Shown: piece after piece, positions 10,740 to 20,423 of the stretch | How positions within the stretch are numbered: position 1 is the stretch's first letter | Layout of the letters: every line of letters starts with the position of its first letter | DNA from: Dehalococcoidia bacterium | GTDB lineage: Bacteria; Chloroflexota; Dehalococcoidia; UBA2979 | DNA length: 64,000 nt | NCBI GenBank assembly: GCA_963667465.2 | Contig: CAXXDN010000001.1 | Coordinates: 768,001 to 832,000, forward strand | Reading direction: 5' to 3' | Notes under the pieces: model-generated | Seen by the model: the letters and a program-made list of their open reading frames with translations, nothing else | Databases searched by the model: none | Told to the model about the DNA's origin: nothing | Made by a program: the position numbers and the translations under genes

Positions 10740-13700
10740 GACCGCTGCGCCTCGAGCTGCGGGGCTTCACCTCGTTCCGCGATACGGCGGTCGTGGACTT
10801 CGAGGACCGCCGGCTGTTCGCGATCACCGGTCCGACGGGAGCGGGCAAGTCCTCGCTGCTCGACGCGATCACCTGGGCGCTCTACGGTGAGGCGCCGCGC
10901 GTGGGAAGAGCGGCGCTCCAGCTGATCACGCACGGCGCGCGCTCGATGGCGGTGCTGTTCGAGTTCCGCGCGCGCGGGCAGCGTTACCGCGTGAGCCGGC
11001 AGGCGCCGAGCAGCACCGGCACACGCCTCGAACGGCAGCGCGTGGACGGCGAGTGGGAGCCACTGGCCGACCGCGCCCGCGAGGTCACCTCGCGCGTCAC
11101 GGAGCTGCTCGGGCTCGATTTCGCGACGTTCACGAAGACGGTGCTGCTGCCGCAGGGCGAGTTCGATGCGTTCCTGCGGGGGGAGGCGAGGCAGCGCAGC
11201 GACATCCTTGCCGAGTTGCTCGGCCTCGGACGCTACGAGGAGGCCGGCCGCGCGGCGCGCAACCGCTCCGCGGGCGCGAGCGAGGCGGCGCGCACGCTGC
11301 GCGAGCAGATCGAGCGCCTCGAAGCGGCCACGCCGGAGGCGATCGCCGGCCTCGAACGGGAGCACGACGTGCTGGCCGCACAGGTCGCAGCGCTCGAGGC
11401 GCGCAGTGGCCTGCTGGAGGCGCTGGAGCGGGAGGCGCGCGCGAGCACCGAGGCTGCTGCGGCGGCCGAGCGCGCCGCGGAAACCGGTGCGGAAGCCGCA
11501 CGCGGATCCGAGGCGGCGCGAAACGCCCTCGCCAAAGCGGAGCAGGACTGCGAGCGCGTGCAGGCGGTGCACGATCGTCTCGAGGCGGAACGCGCTGCCC
11601 TCGGCTACGACGAGCAGGCGCACCGCGACCTCGAACGTCAGGCCGTGCTGCTGGAGCAGCGCGCGGCCGCGACGCGCGCCGTCGGCGCCGCCGAGGCGGA
11701 GCAGCACGCGGCGATCGAGGCTGGCGAGGAGGCCTCGGAGCGGGCGGCGGTCCTCCAGACAGAGACGGAGCAGGCGGAGGCCGCGCGCGCGGCGGCGGAC
11801 GAGGTGCAGCAGACCGCGTGGGACGCTCTCGCGGCCGCGGCCGCGGCCGCGCTGGCCACCGAACGGGCACTCGGCGAGCAGGCGAACGCGTCGGACGAGG
11901 AGCGCGCTGTCGCCGAGGACGCCGCCCTCGCGCGTGCGGAGGAGGCGCGACAGCTCACCGCGCTCGCCGAGCGCCTGAACGAACAGCGCGAGGCAATCGT
12001 TGCCGCCGAGCGCGAGCAGCAGGAGGTGCATGAGTGGCACGAGGCTGCCGCCGGCGCCTCGAAAGCCGCTGAGGCGCTGCTGCGTGGCGCCGAGCAGGCG
12101 CACGCCGGTCGCGCCGGGGCGCTCGAGGTGGCCCAGCGCCAGGACGCGGCGCTCACGCTTCAGCGATCGCTGAAGCCGGGTGACCCGTGCCCCGTCTGCG
12201 GCGAGCCGATCGAACAGATCGAGTTGCACGCCGCCCCCGAACTCGACGAGGCGCGCGCGGCGCTCGATGCGGCGGAGGCGGTGCTGGTGGAGGCGCGCGG
12301 GGAGCACGCGACAGCCTCGACGGCCCTCGCGGCGGCGAAGGTGCGGGCCGCGCAGACAGGGGAGGTGCAGGAGCGTGCGCAGGCAGCGCTCGCCGAGCTG
12401 CGCGAGGAGGCTGCACAGGCAGGCGCCGATCCGGAGGCCGTCGACGAGGCCGTTGCCGCGGCCGGGACGGCCGCGGAGGCGGAGCGCGCCCGGGCAGCTG
12501 CCGCCGCCGCCGCTCGCGATCACGCCTCCGAGGCGGGACGGGCGCTGGCGCTGCTGCGCGCCTCGATCGGCGAGGCGATCGGCGACGAGGAGGCGGGCGA
12601 GGCGGGCGAGCCGGAGGCCGTGCAGGCCGCCCTCGACGCGGCGATCGGGCAGCAGCGCGCGGCGAGCGCCGCTGCCGAGGGCGCCCGCGAGGCCGCGCGC
12701 CAGGCGGCCGATCGCGCCCGTGAGGGAGCCTCGAACGTGACGCGCGCGCAGGAGCGCTGCGAGCGGGCCGAGGCCGCCCTGGCGCGTGCGCGCGAGCAGC
12801 TCGCCGCGCTCGGCGGCGAGGACGCGGACCCGGAAGCCATCCGCGCCGCGCTCGCCACGGCGAAGCAGCAGGCCGCGCGCCATCGCGCGCTCGAGACGTC
12901 GCTGCGCGAGGCCGGCCAGGCCCTCGCCGGCGCCGGTGCGACCCGCGACGCGGCTCGCGAGGCGCTCACCCGAGCGGACGCTGCCGGCGCGCGCCTCGAG
13001 GGTGAGCTCGCTGGAGCGCGCGCGGCGGCGGACGAGGCGGGGGCGCGTTTCGCGGAGGCGTGGACGGCGGCGCAGGCGGACGGGGAGCCCTCGGCGGAGC
13101 GCGTGCCCGCGCTGCTCGCCGCGCACCGCGCCGCGCACGCCGAGTGCGCACGGGATCAGGCCCTGGCAGCGCAGCGGCTGGAGCGGGCGCGTGCGGATGC
13201 GGAGCGCGCGCTCGGGCTGCAGGCCGAGGTGGAGGACTACGACGGTCGCGCGCAGCTCTCGGACGCCCTCGCGCAGGAGTTGCGGCGCAACCGCTTCATC
13301 GCCTACGTGCAGCGAGAGGCGATGCAGCTGCTGGCGGCCGATGCCGCGGAGCGGCTGCTCGCGCTCTCCAGCGGCCGCTACCGGCTGGTCGCCGAGGGCG
13401 ACGCATTCTCGGTGATCGACAAGCTGAACGGCGACGAGCGGCGCTCGGTCAAGACGCTCTCCGGAGGCGAGACCTTCCTCGCCAGCCTCGCGCTGGCGCT
13501 GGCCCTCTCCGAGCGGCTGCCCGAGATCGCCGGGCACGGCGGCGCGATGTCGCTCGAGTCGCTGTTCCTCGACGAAGGCTTCGGCTCGCTCGACCAGGAT
13601 TCGCTCGACACCGCGATCGGGGGCCTCGAGGCGCTCGCGGGCGGGCGGCGGCTGGTCGGCGTGATCTCGCACGTGCCCGAGGTCGCCGAGCGCCTGTCCG

Positions 13701-13801
13701 ACCGCATCGAGGTGGTGCGCAGCGGCGCGGTGAGCACGATCCGCGATTCGCGTGCGTCCAGCGCGAGGGAAGCCCTCGAGGCGGTCGAGCAGCCGGTCTA
13801 G
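10736..13801 (+). CDS. sbcC: SbcC/Rad50 SMC-like ATPase
   Basis: [14 protein letters not shown], coiled coils with CPVCG zinc hook, [18 protein letters not shown]. Confidence 0.95.
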   Translation: MRPLRLELRGFTSFRDTAVVDFEDRRLFAITGPTGAGKSSLLDAITWALYGEAPRVGRAALQLITHGARSMAVLFEFRARGQRYRVSRQAPSSTGTRLERQRVDGEWEPLADRAREVTSRVTELLGLDFATFTKTVLLPQGEFDAFLRGEARQRSDILAELLGLGRYEEAGRAARNRSAGASEAARTLREQIERLEAATPEAIAGLEREHDVLAAQVAALEARSGLLEALEREARASTEAAAAAERAAETGAEAARGSEAARNALAKAEQDCERVQAVHDRLEAERAALGYDEQAHRDLERQAVLLEQRAAATRAVGAAEAEQHAAIEAGEEASERAAVLQTETEQAEAARAAADEVQQTAWDALAAAAAAALATERALGEQANASDEERAVAEDAALARAEEARQLTALAERLNEQREAIVAAEREQQEVHEWHEAAAGASKAAEALLRGAEQAHAGRAGALEVAQRQDAALTLQRSLKPGDPCPVCGEPIEQIELHAAPELDEARAALDAAEAVLVEARGEHATASTALAAAKVRAAQTGEVQERAQAALAELREEAAQAGADPEAVDEAVAAAGTAAEAERARAAAAAAARDHASEAGRALALLRASIGEAIGDEEAGEAGEPEAVQAALDAAIGQQRAASAAAEGAREAARQAADRAREGASNVTRAQERCERAEAALARAREQLAALGGEDADPEAIRAALATAKQQAARHRALETSLREAGQALAGAGATRDAAREALTRADAAGARLEGELAGARAAADEAGARFAEAWTAAQADGEPSAERVPALLAAHRAAHAECARDQALAAQRLERARADAERALGLQAEVEDYDGRAQLSDALAQELRRNRFIAYVQREAMQLLAADAAERLLALSSGRYRLVAEGDAFSVIDKLNGDERRSVKTLSGGETFLASLALALALSERLPEIAGHGGAMSLESLFLDEGFGSLDQDSLDTAIGGLEALAGGRRLVGVISHVPEVAERLSDRIEVVRSGAVSTIRDSRASSAREALEAVEQPV

Positions 13802-14229
13802 GCGTCGCTGCGCCCGCGGCGGCCGCGCTGCAGGACGTGGGCGAGCAGCGAGACAAGCGAGACGATCAGTGAGCCGAACAGCGCCGACCAGAAGCCCTCG
13901 ATGCTGAAGGCCAGGCCGAGTTGCCCGCAGATCCAGGCCGTGGCGGCCAGCAGGCCCGCGTGGATCACGAAGATGAAGAGCCCGAGCGTCAGCACAATCA
14001 GGCAGGCCGAGGCGAGATAGGCGAGCGGCCGGACGAAGGCGTTCAGCAGCCCGAAGATCGCCGTCGCCGCCGCCAGCGAGGCCACGTCGCCGACCTGGAT
14101 GCCGGGCACGAGCCCGGCGGCGAGCCAGAGGCCCGCCGCGTGCACGACGAAGCGCACGAGGATCTCGCGCGGCGAGCGCGGCGCCGAGCCGCCGAAGTCG
14201 AAGACCCGTACGCGGATGTCTCGTCTCAT
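13798..14229 (-). CDS. Phage-holin-family (4 TMS, YvlD-like) membrane protein
   Basis: GLLNAFVRP, LTLGLF, GFWSALFGSLIVS motifs. Confidence 0.85.
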   Translation of the reverse strand: MRRDIRVRVFDFGGSAPRSPREILVRFVVHAAGLWLAAGLVPGIQVGDVASLAAATAIFGLLNAFVRPLAYLASACLIVLTLGLFIFVIHAGLLAATAWICGQLGLAFSIEGFWSALFGSLIVSLVSLLAHVLQRGRRGRSDA

Positions 14230-14354
14230 CTGGCTCGGCTCATCTGGCTCGACTCATCTGGCTCGGCTCATCTGGCTCGACTCATCTGGCTCGTCTCAAC
14301 TAGCTCGTCTCAACTGGCTCGTCTCATCTGGCCCGACTCACCTGGCTCGTCTCA
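14225..14354. repeat. 14-bp tandem repeat (CTCATCTGGCTCGN) x9
   Basis: Nine contiguous units from 14225 with no spacers; later units more degenerate. Confidence 0.95.
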
Positions 14355-14362
14355 CGCCGGCC

Positions 14363-15673
14363 TTACTCCGTACCGTCCGCCGCGAGCGCGCGGATGCGCT
14401 CCTCGTCGGCGGGGACGCGCGCATCCTCGGCGGCCCCGATGCGGCGCGAGTAGAGCACGACGATGGCGACCAGGACGGCGCCCGCGGCGCCCTCGGCGAT
14501 CAGCGCGCCGCGCACGCCGATCGCGTCGGCGAGCGCCCCGATTGGGAGCGAGATGAAGCCGAGGAAGCTGAAGCTGGAGACGATCAGCGCCTGCACGCGG
14601 CCATCGTAGCGGCGGTGCGAGTAGGCCATGCCGAGCCCCAGCACGAAGGAGATGTAGCCCATCTCGACGGCGCCGAGCAGCACGATGATCACCAGCGCGA
14701 TCGGGAAGGTCGGAGCAAGGCCGAAGGCGATGACGGCCAGCCCGAACAGGAACGAGGTTCCGAGGAAGAGGTGCCAGGCCACGGGACGATGCACGACCGC
14801 CGCCGCCCAGATGGTGACGCCGATCGCGCCGACGGAGGATGCAGACGTGATCGCGCCCAGCTCGAAGGAGTCGCGCCCAAAGACATCGATCACCATCCCC
14901 GGCAGCAGCACGAAGTAGGGGATCGAGGTCAGGGCCACGCAGTACGCCGTGATCACGGTGACGAGCAGCGCGGGCCGCCCTCGTACGTAGCGGAGGCCCG
15001 CGGTGAGGGTGCCGAAGAAGGAGTCGCGCGACTGCTCCTCGCTGCGAAACTCGCCGGGCACGCGGAAGGTCAGCCAGGCGGCGACGCCGTAGCAGAGGGC
15101 GACGAGCAGGAAGACCCCGCCGGCGCCGAGCAGCGTGCCGACCAGCCAGCCGCCGCCGATCGGCCCGAGGATGCGCCCCACGCCCATCGCGCCCTGCTGC
15201 AGCACCACACCGCGGCCCGCGCCCTGCGCGCCGAGCAACTGCCCGGTCATCGCCTGCCGCGAGGGCACGAGGAAGGCGACGGAGAAGCCCTCGACCAGGG
15301 ACTGGGAGAAGAGCATCCAGTACTCCAGCAGTCCGCTCAGCGTGACCACCCCGAGCAGCAGCGCCTGCGTCATGAGCAGCACCTGCGCGGCCGAGAGCAC
15401 CGACTTGCGCGAGAGACGGTCCGTGATCACGCCCGCCCCGATCATCGTGGGAAACAACGCGATCCCGAAGGCGAAGAGCTGCGCGGCGACGGCGGTGTTG
15501 GATCCGGTCAGGTCGAACGCGAGAAAGGCGCGCACGACGCCCGCCGTCATCATCCCGAGGAACTGGATCAGCGTTGCCGTCCAGAGCTGCCGGTAGGCGC
15601 CGCTGGCGAGCGGCGAGAGGGCGCCGCGACTCCACCTGCTCCCGGATTGGGCGTCCGAAGGCTGCGCGCTCAT
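14363..15673 (-). CDS. MFS transporter
   Basis: About 12 hydrophobic segments, GVITDRLSRK motif A, GRV-A C-terminal motif. Confidence 0.9.
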   Translation of the reverse strand: MSAQPSDAQSGSRWSRGALSPLASGAYRQLWTATLIQFLGMMTAGVVRAFLAFDLTGSNTAVAAQLFAFGIALFPTMIGAGVITDRLSRKSVLSAAQVLLMTQALLLGVVTLSGLLEYWMLFSQSLVEGFSVAFLVPSRQAMTGQLLGAQGAGRGVVLQQGAMGVGRILGPIGGGWLVGTLLGAGGVFLLVALCYGVAAWLTFRVPGEFRSEEQSRDSFFGTLTAGLRYVRGRPALLVTVITAYCVALTSIPYFVLLPGMVIDVFGRDSFELGAITSASSVGAIGVTIWAAAVVHRPVAWHLFLGTSFLFGLAVIAFGLAPTFPIALVIIVLLGAVEMGYISFVLGLGMAYSHRRYDGRVQALIVSSFSFLGFISLPIGALADAIGVRGALIAEGAAGAVLVAIVVLYSRRIGAAEDARVPADEERIRALAADGTE

Positions 15674-15743
15674 CGGCGCGGGGCGGCGCGGTTGCGGTGG
15701 GCTGCCATCAGGCGGTCACGCTACGCCCCACCCGGCCCTGCGG

Positions 15744-16802
15744 CTACAGCTCGACGAGCGCGACCGCGCGTCCCTCGGACCAGCTGCGCCAGACGGCTTC
15801 GGTGAACTGCATGTAGCGGACGCCGTCCTCGAAGCTGGTCAGTTCGACGGGCGCGCCCTCGCGGATCGAGGCAACGAAGTCGGCCTCGACGTTCCAGGCG
15901 CCTGCCGTGCCGGGGTCCGGCTCGAGGGGTTGCGGTTCCTCGCCGCGCGGGGCGAGCGTCATGCGGTCGCCGGCCTGCGTCCAGTGCAGGGTGGCGGCGC
16001 TGCCGTAGAGCGAGATGCCGTTGGCGGCGGCGGGGGCGTGCGTGAGCGCGCTCAGCTGGTAACTGACACGCGCGCCGCTGGCCATGCCGGCGAAGACGCC
16101 GAGGCTGTCGGGAATCCCGATCGCGTAGTCCTCGCCGCTTTCGGGGTCGCGCCGCGAGGTGACGAAGGTGGCGGCGTCGGCGACGACGCGCTCGGTGGGG
16201 CCGAGCCAGCGCTGCACGGTCTCGGCGAAGATGCCGAGCATCATCGTGTTGCGGCCGGAGTACTCGCTGCGCTCCCGCCAGTGCAGCGGCGTGGCGGGGT
16301 CGAGTGCGCCGCCGCCGAGCACCGTGACGTGCGCCTCGCGCAGCTCGCCGAGCGCCCCCTCGGCAAGCAGGCGGCGGATCGTGCGCCAGCTCGCGAGGTC
16401 GAACGGCGCCGGCACGAGCTGCGCCACGCGGTCGGGCCGCGCCTGCGCGGCGGCCAGCATCTCGCGCGCCTCGGCGGCGTCCATCGCCATGCGCGCCTCG
16501 CAGAGCACGTGCTTGCCCGCCTCGAGCGCGCGCACGCTGTACTCGCGGTGGCGGTAGGGCCAGGTGCCGATGCAGATCGCGTCGATCTCCGGGTCGTCGA
16601 AGATCGCCGCCGGGTCCTCGTCGACGCGGGCGATGCCGAACTCGTCGGCGACGCGCTGCCCGCTCTCGCGTGAGCGGTTGCAGACGGCGGCCAGCTCGAC
16701 GCCCTCGATCGCCTGGAAGCCGGGGATGTGGCGGGAGCGGGTGTTCGCGCCTGCGCCGATGAAGCCGATGCGCAGTGTGCCCCCGGTGCTGTCAGTAGCC
16801 AT
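15744..16802 (-). CDS. Gfo/Idh/MocA oxidoreductase
   Basis: IGFIGAG, AGKHVLCEARMA; ATG at 16802 with GGAGG. Confidence 0.9.
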   Translation of the reverse strand: MATDSTGGTLRIGFIGAGANTRSRHIPGFQAIEGVELAAVCNRSRESGQRVADEFGIARVDEDPAAIFDDPEIDAICIGTWPYRHREYSVRALEAGKHVLCEARMAMDAAEAREMLAAAQARPDRVAQLVPAPFDLASWRTIRRLLAEGALGELREAHVTVLGGGALDPATPLHWRERSEYSGRNTMMLGIFAETVQRWLGPTERVVADAATFVTSRRDPESGEDYAIGIPDSLGVFAGMASGARVSYQLSALTHAPAAANGISLYGSAATLHWTQAGDRMTLAPRGEEPQPLEPDPGTAGAWNVEADFVASIREGAPVELTSFEDGVRYMQFTEAVWRSWSEGRAVALVEL

Positions 16803-16927
16803 GCTCGCCTCCTCGGGCCACCGCCCGCTTGCTTGCGGCAGGGCGGCGGCGGCCAGCGTATCCTCTGCGTGCGAGCGGCAGCGCGCCAGACGCAGCGCGA
16901 CGCTCGCCATCGAGGGTGGAGCCCGGC

Positions 16928-17743
16928 ATGACGCTGCAGCGCGGCGGCGAGCAGCCCCAGGCGGAGGTCACGGCGCTGCTTCGCGCCGTCGGTCAGTTGC
17001 TGGTCGCCATCTCCGGCGACGAGGCCGCCCCGGCTTCGCAGGCCGAGCCGCCGCCGCGGACGGCGCCCTCGATGGACGAGATCGAGCAGATCCTCGCCGA
17101 TGCCCGCGCACGTGCGCAGCAGCTCATCGACGAGTCGTTCGCCGACGCGCGGGAGCAAATCGAGGCTCTCGCTGCCCCGGACGCCCCGCCCGGGCAGCCG
17201 CCGCCCGCCGAGGAGCCGGCCGGAGCGCTGGGCGAGAAGCTCCGCTCCCTGCAGGAGCTGCTCGGCGACATCGACGCGCTGCAGCAGGCCCAGGCCGGGG
17301 AGCCTGCCCCGCCGGAGCCCGAAGCGCCGGAACCGGCAGCAGCGAGGGACGCAGCGGCGGCGGCCTCGGAGGAGCCGGAAGCGCAGGCCGAGCCCGCCGC
17401 GGATGCCGGCGCGGAACGTGTGGAGGCCGTGGCGTGGAGCGATGACGGGGCCGAGGCGGGCGGCGTCTTCCAGCCGGAGGGCGGCTCGGTGCTGCTGCGA
17501 GTGACGCCCGTCGAGGGGTTCCAGGGCCTGCTGCGCGTGCAGGGGGCGCTCGCACAACTCGGCGGCGTGCGCCAGGCCTTCGTCGAGGGCTACGCCGAGG
17601 GCGAGGCACAGTTGCGGCTCACGTTCGACGCAGCGCTCGCCGCCGAGGCGCTCGGGGCGGCCCTCGGCGAGCGTCTCGGCGTGCGCGTGGAGGCGGCGGA
17701 CGTCTCCGAGGCCGAGCGCAGCCTGCGCTTCGAACTGCGGTAG
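16928..17743 (+). CDS. Hypothetical protein (coiled-coil N-region, acidic/Pro linker, small C-terminal domain)
   Basis: GC3-typical codon use; ends 19 bp before recF. Confidence 0.7.
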   Translation: MTLQRGGEQPQAEVTALLRAVGQLLVAISGDEAAPASQAEPPPRTAPSMDEIEQILADARARAQQLIDESFADAREQIEALAAPDAPPGQPPPAEEPAGALGEKLRSLQELLGDIDALQQAQAGEPAPPEPEAPEPAAARDAAAAASEEPEAQAEPAADAGAERVEAVAWSDDGAEAGGVFQPEGGSVLLRVTPVEGFQGLLRVQGALAQLGGVRQAFVEGYAEGEAQLRLTFDAALAAEALGAALGERLGVRVEAADVSEAERSLRFELR

Positions 17744-17762
17744 CCCGCCCACAGGGCGCCCG

Positions 17763-18968
17763 ATGCACCTCGAACGCCTCACGCTCGCCAACGTCCGCAC
17801 CTTCCGCGACCTCGATCTCTCGCTGGAGCCCGGCGCCTACGTAGTCAGCGGGCCGAACGCGAGCGGCAAGAGCAACCTGCTGGAGGCGATCACGCTGCTG
17901 GCGACCGCGCGCAGCGCGCGGGCGCGCGCCGACATTGAGCTGATCGCACGGGAGGCGTTGCGCGACGACCCGCTGCCCGCCGCACGTCTGGTCGCCGAGG
18001 TGTCGACGGCGAGAGGTTCGGTCGCCGCCGAGCTTGCGGTGACGGTGCGCGAGGGATCAGCGGCGGACGGCCGCCCGGCGGCGACGGGACGGCGCTTCCG
18101 CGTCAACGGGGTCGCGAGGCGCGCCTCGGACCTGATCGGCCAGCTGCGCGTCGTGCCGTTCTCCGCCGACGACCTGCAGATCATCGCCGGGTCGCCGGGT
18201 CAGCGCCGCCGCTACCTGGACATCACGATCTCACAGCTGGACGTGCGCTACGTGCGCGCGCTGCAGCGCTACCAGCGCGTGCTGACGCAGCGCAACGGGC
18301 TGTTGCGACGGCTACAGGAGCGGCGCGGCCGGGGCGCCGACGAGCTCGAGTTCTGGGACGGCGAGCTGGCGGCGGCCGGCGGCGTGATCCTCGCCGGGCG
18401 CGCGGCGGCGCTGGCCGCACTCGCCGCGGGCGCCGCCGCGCGCTGGGAGCAACTCGCGCCCTCCTCGCCGCCGCTCGAGGTGCGCTACCAGCCACGGCTG
18501 CCGCCGGAGCAGGCCGCGGCGGTCCCGGACGGCGGGCCCGGCGGCGCGGAGGACGCCACCGGGGCCGCGCAGTCCGCGCTGCTCGAGACGCTGCTGGCGC
18601 GCCGCGGCGACGACATCGCCGCGGGCATGACGCGCAGCGGGCCGCATCGCGACGATGTGCACTTCGCCATCGGCGAGGGCGAGGCGGGCGCGTTCGCCTC
18701 GCGCGGCGAGCAGCGCACGCTGGCCCTCGCGCTGCGGCTGGCCGAGGTTGCGCTCTCGCACGAGCGCACGGGCGACCCGCCGCTGCTGCTGCTCGACGAC
18801 ATCCTCTCGGAGCTGGACGCGGCGCGCCGCGAGCGCGTGCTGGCCGCCGCCTACGGCGTCGACCAGGTCGTCATCACCACGCCCGACCCGGACCGCCCCG
18901 GCGCCGACGAGTTGCCCGACGCGCGCCGCTACCGCATCGAGGACGGCGCGCTGCGCGCGGGCGACTGA
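17763..18968 (+). CDS. recF: DNA replication/repair protein RecF
   Basis: GPNASGKSNLLEAI, RRRYLD, QRN, GPHRDD, SRGEQR, LLLDDILSELD. Confidence 0.95.
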   Translation: MHLERLTLANVRTFRDLDLSLEPGAYVVSGPNASGKSNLLEAITLLATARSARARADIELIAREALRDDPLPAARLVAEVSTARGSVAAELAVTVREGSAADGRPAATGRRFRVNGVARRASDLIGQLRVVPFSADDLQIIAGSPGQRRRYLDITISQLDVRYVRALQRYQRVLTQRNGLLRRLQERRGRGADELEFWDGELAAAGGVILAGRAAALAALAAGAAARWEQLAPSSPPLEVRYQPRLPPEQAAAVPDGGPGGAEDATGAAQSALLETLLARRGDDIAAGMTRSGPHRDDVHFAIGEGEAGAFASRGEQRTLALALRLAEVALSHERTGDPPLLLLDDILSELDAARRERVLAAAYGVDQVVITTPDPDRPGADELPDARRYRIEDGALRAGD

Positions 18969-18995
18969 ACTGCGAGGTCTCGAGGGGTGCCCTGA

Positions 18996-19976
18996 CTACT
19001 CGCCGAGCAGCCCGTGCGGTCGCGGCGCGATCAGCACCTCGAGCGCCCTCGGCTCGACAGTGAGCGTGAGCGGCGTCGCGCCGAGGTACTCGCCGTCTGC
19101 CTGCACCGCGAGCGGGGTCTCCGGCTCGATGCGGATGGTTGCGCCGCGCCGGTAGTCGGCGGAGCCGCCGAGCAGCGGCGCGAGCGGGCCCCGGATGCCC
19201 CGCCCGAGGGCGCGCGGGATGGTCCGCGCGCCGAGCGAGAGGCGCGAGGCGAGACTGCCGCCGCAGAACGCCACGAGGTCCAGCAGGCCGTCGTCGGCGC
19301 GGGCGTCGCCCGTGAGCCGCGCGACGCCGCCGTAGAGTCGCGTGTTGCCGGCGATGGCGAAGAGCAGCGAGCGCTCGATCGGCGCCTCCTCGGGCCCCTC
19401 GATGGCGATGCGTGTGTGCGCCGCCGGCGCGCGCAGCAGGCGTTCCGTGCCGCGCAGTCCGTACGGAACCGGGCCGAGCCAGCGTTTGGCCCAGCCACCC
19501 CCGCCGATGCGCTGCACGACCGCGGCGTCCAGTCCGGTGCTGCACATCAGCAGGAATCTGCGCTCCTCGCGCTCCCCGCCGGGCCCCTCGAACCCGGCGC
19601 GGCCGAGGTCGATGCGGACCCGGCGTGCGCCCTCGATCCAGGCGAGTGCGCGGGCGGAGTTGCGCGGGATGCCGGCCTCCCGCGCCCAGACGTTGCCGGT
19701 GCCTGCGGGGACGGCGGCAAGCGCCGTCTCGCTGCCCGCGAGGCCGTTCATCGCCTCGTGGATGGTCCCGTCGCCGCCTGCCGCGACGAGCAGCTCGACG
19801 CCGTCGCTCGCCGCCGAGGCGGCGAGCTCGCGTGCGTGGCCGGGCGCCGAGGTGCTGCGCAGGTCGATCGCCACGCCTTGCGCGCGAAGCGGCTCGGCAG
19901 CCTCGCGCAGGGCGGCCTCCGAGGGCGCGCGGCGGGCGCGCGGGTTACGGACGATCAGCAAGCTGCCGGGTAGCAC
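18996..19976 (-). CDS. Diacylglycerol/lipid kinase family protein
   Basis: NP, AGGDGTIHE, PAGTGNVWA, NTRLYGG, DDGLLD, QADGE. Confidence 0.9.
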   Translation of the reverse strand: MLPGSLLIVRNPRARRAPSEAALREAAEPLRAQGVAIDLRSTSAPGHARELAASAASDGVELLVAAGGDGTIHEAMNGLAGSETALAAVPAGTGNVWAREAGIPRNSARALAWIEGARRVRIDLGRAGFEGPGGEREERRFLLMCSTGLDAAVVQRIGGGGWAKRWLGPVPYGLRGTERLLRAPAAHTRIAIEGPEEAPIERSLLFAIAGNTRLYGGVARLTGDARADDGLLDLVAFCGGSLASRLSLGARTIPRALGRGIRGPLAPLLGGSADYRRGATIRIEPETPLAVQADGEYLGATPLTLTVEPRALEVLIAPRPHGLLGE

Positions 19977-20423
19977 CCCTCGATGCTAGTGGCTGGCCCC
20001 TCCGAGGCCAACGAAGGCGAGACTGGCGGGCGTGCCTCCATCCCTGGGAACATCAGCGCCGTCTCAGCATGTTCGTTAGGTTCCACGGGGGTAATCTCCA
20101 GCATGATCGTCATGAGGCAATCCCCCTGCTCCAATCCGGCTGCCATGGCCTCGCAGAATGCGCCTCGAAGGAGGTCACCGCTGGTAGCGCCCCATCGAGC
20201 GCGGGTCGAAGGGAAAGCGCTTCCTCGGTCGGTGTCATTTCTTTCGGTCCCGCCGCAGCGCAATCTACAATGCCGGGGCTGGTTGGCGCGCAAAGCCGTC
20301 CTGTAGAGGCGCTTGCAGTCGAGGAGGGTAAGCGCACCGCCTTGCCAGGGAGCGTGGGGCGTGCGACGCGCGCCCGGGGTGCTCCGCCGCCCCGGAGCGA
20401 GAACCTATTGAGAGCATGACCGC

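Noticed and set aside
10604-13672. 1022-aa antisense ORF (also 5511-7673, 29093-31015, 48385-50265 and similar)
   Set aside because: Shadow ORFs from high GC, opposite or out of frame to well-supported genes, with Arg/Ala/Pro-rich motif-free translations
13798-14229. Prophage suggested by holin-family gene
   Set aside because: No endolysin, integrase or structural genes; this 4-TMS family is common in non-phage loci
14225-14354. Possible CRISPR array
   Set aside because: Contiguous 14-bp units with no spacers and no cas genes; simple tandem repeat
19955-20293. Short ORF upstream of the lipid kinase
   Set aside because: No recognisable motif or RBS and atypical codon use; cannot be supported
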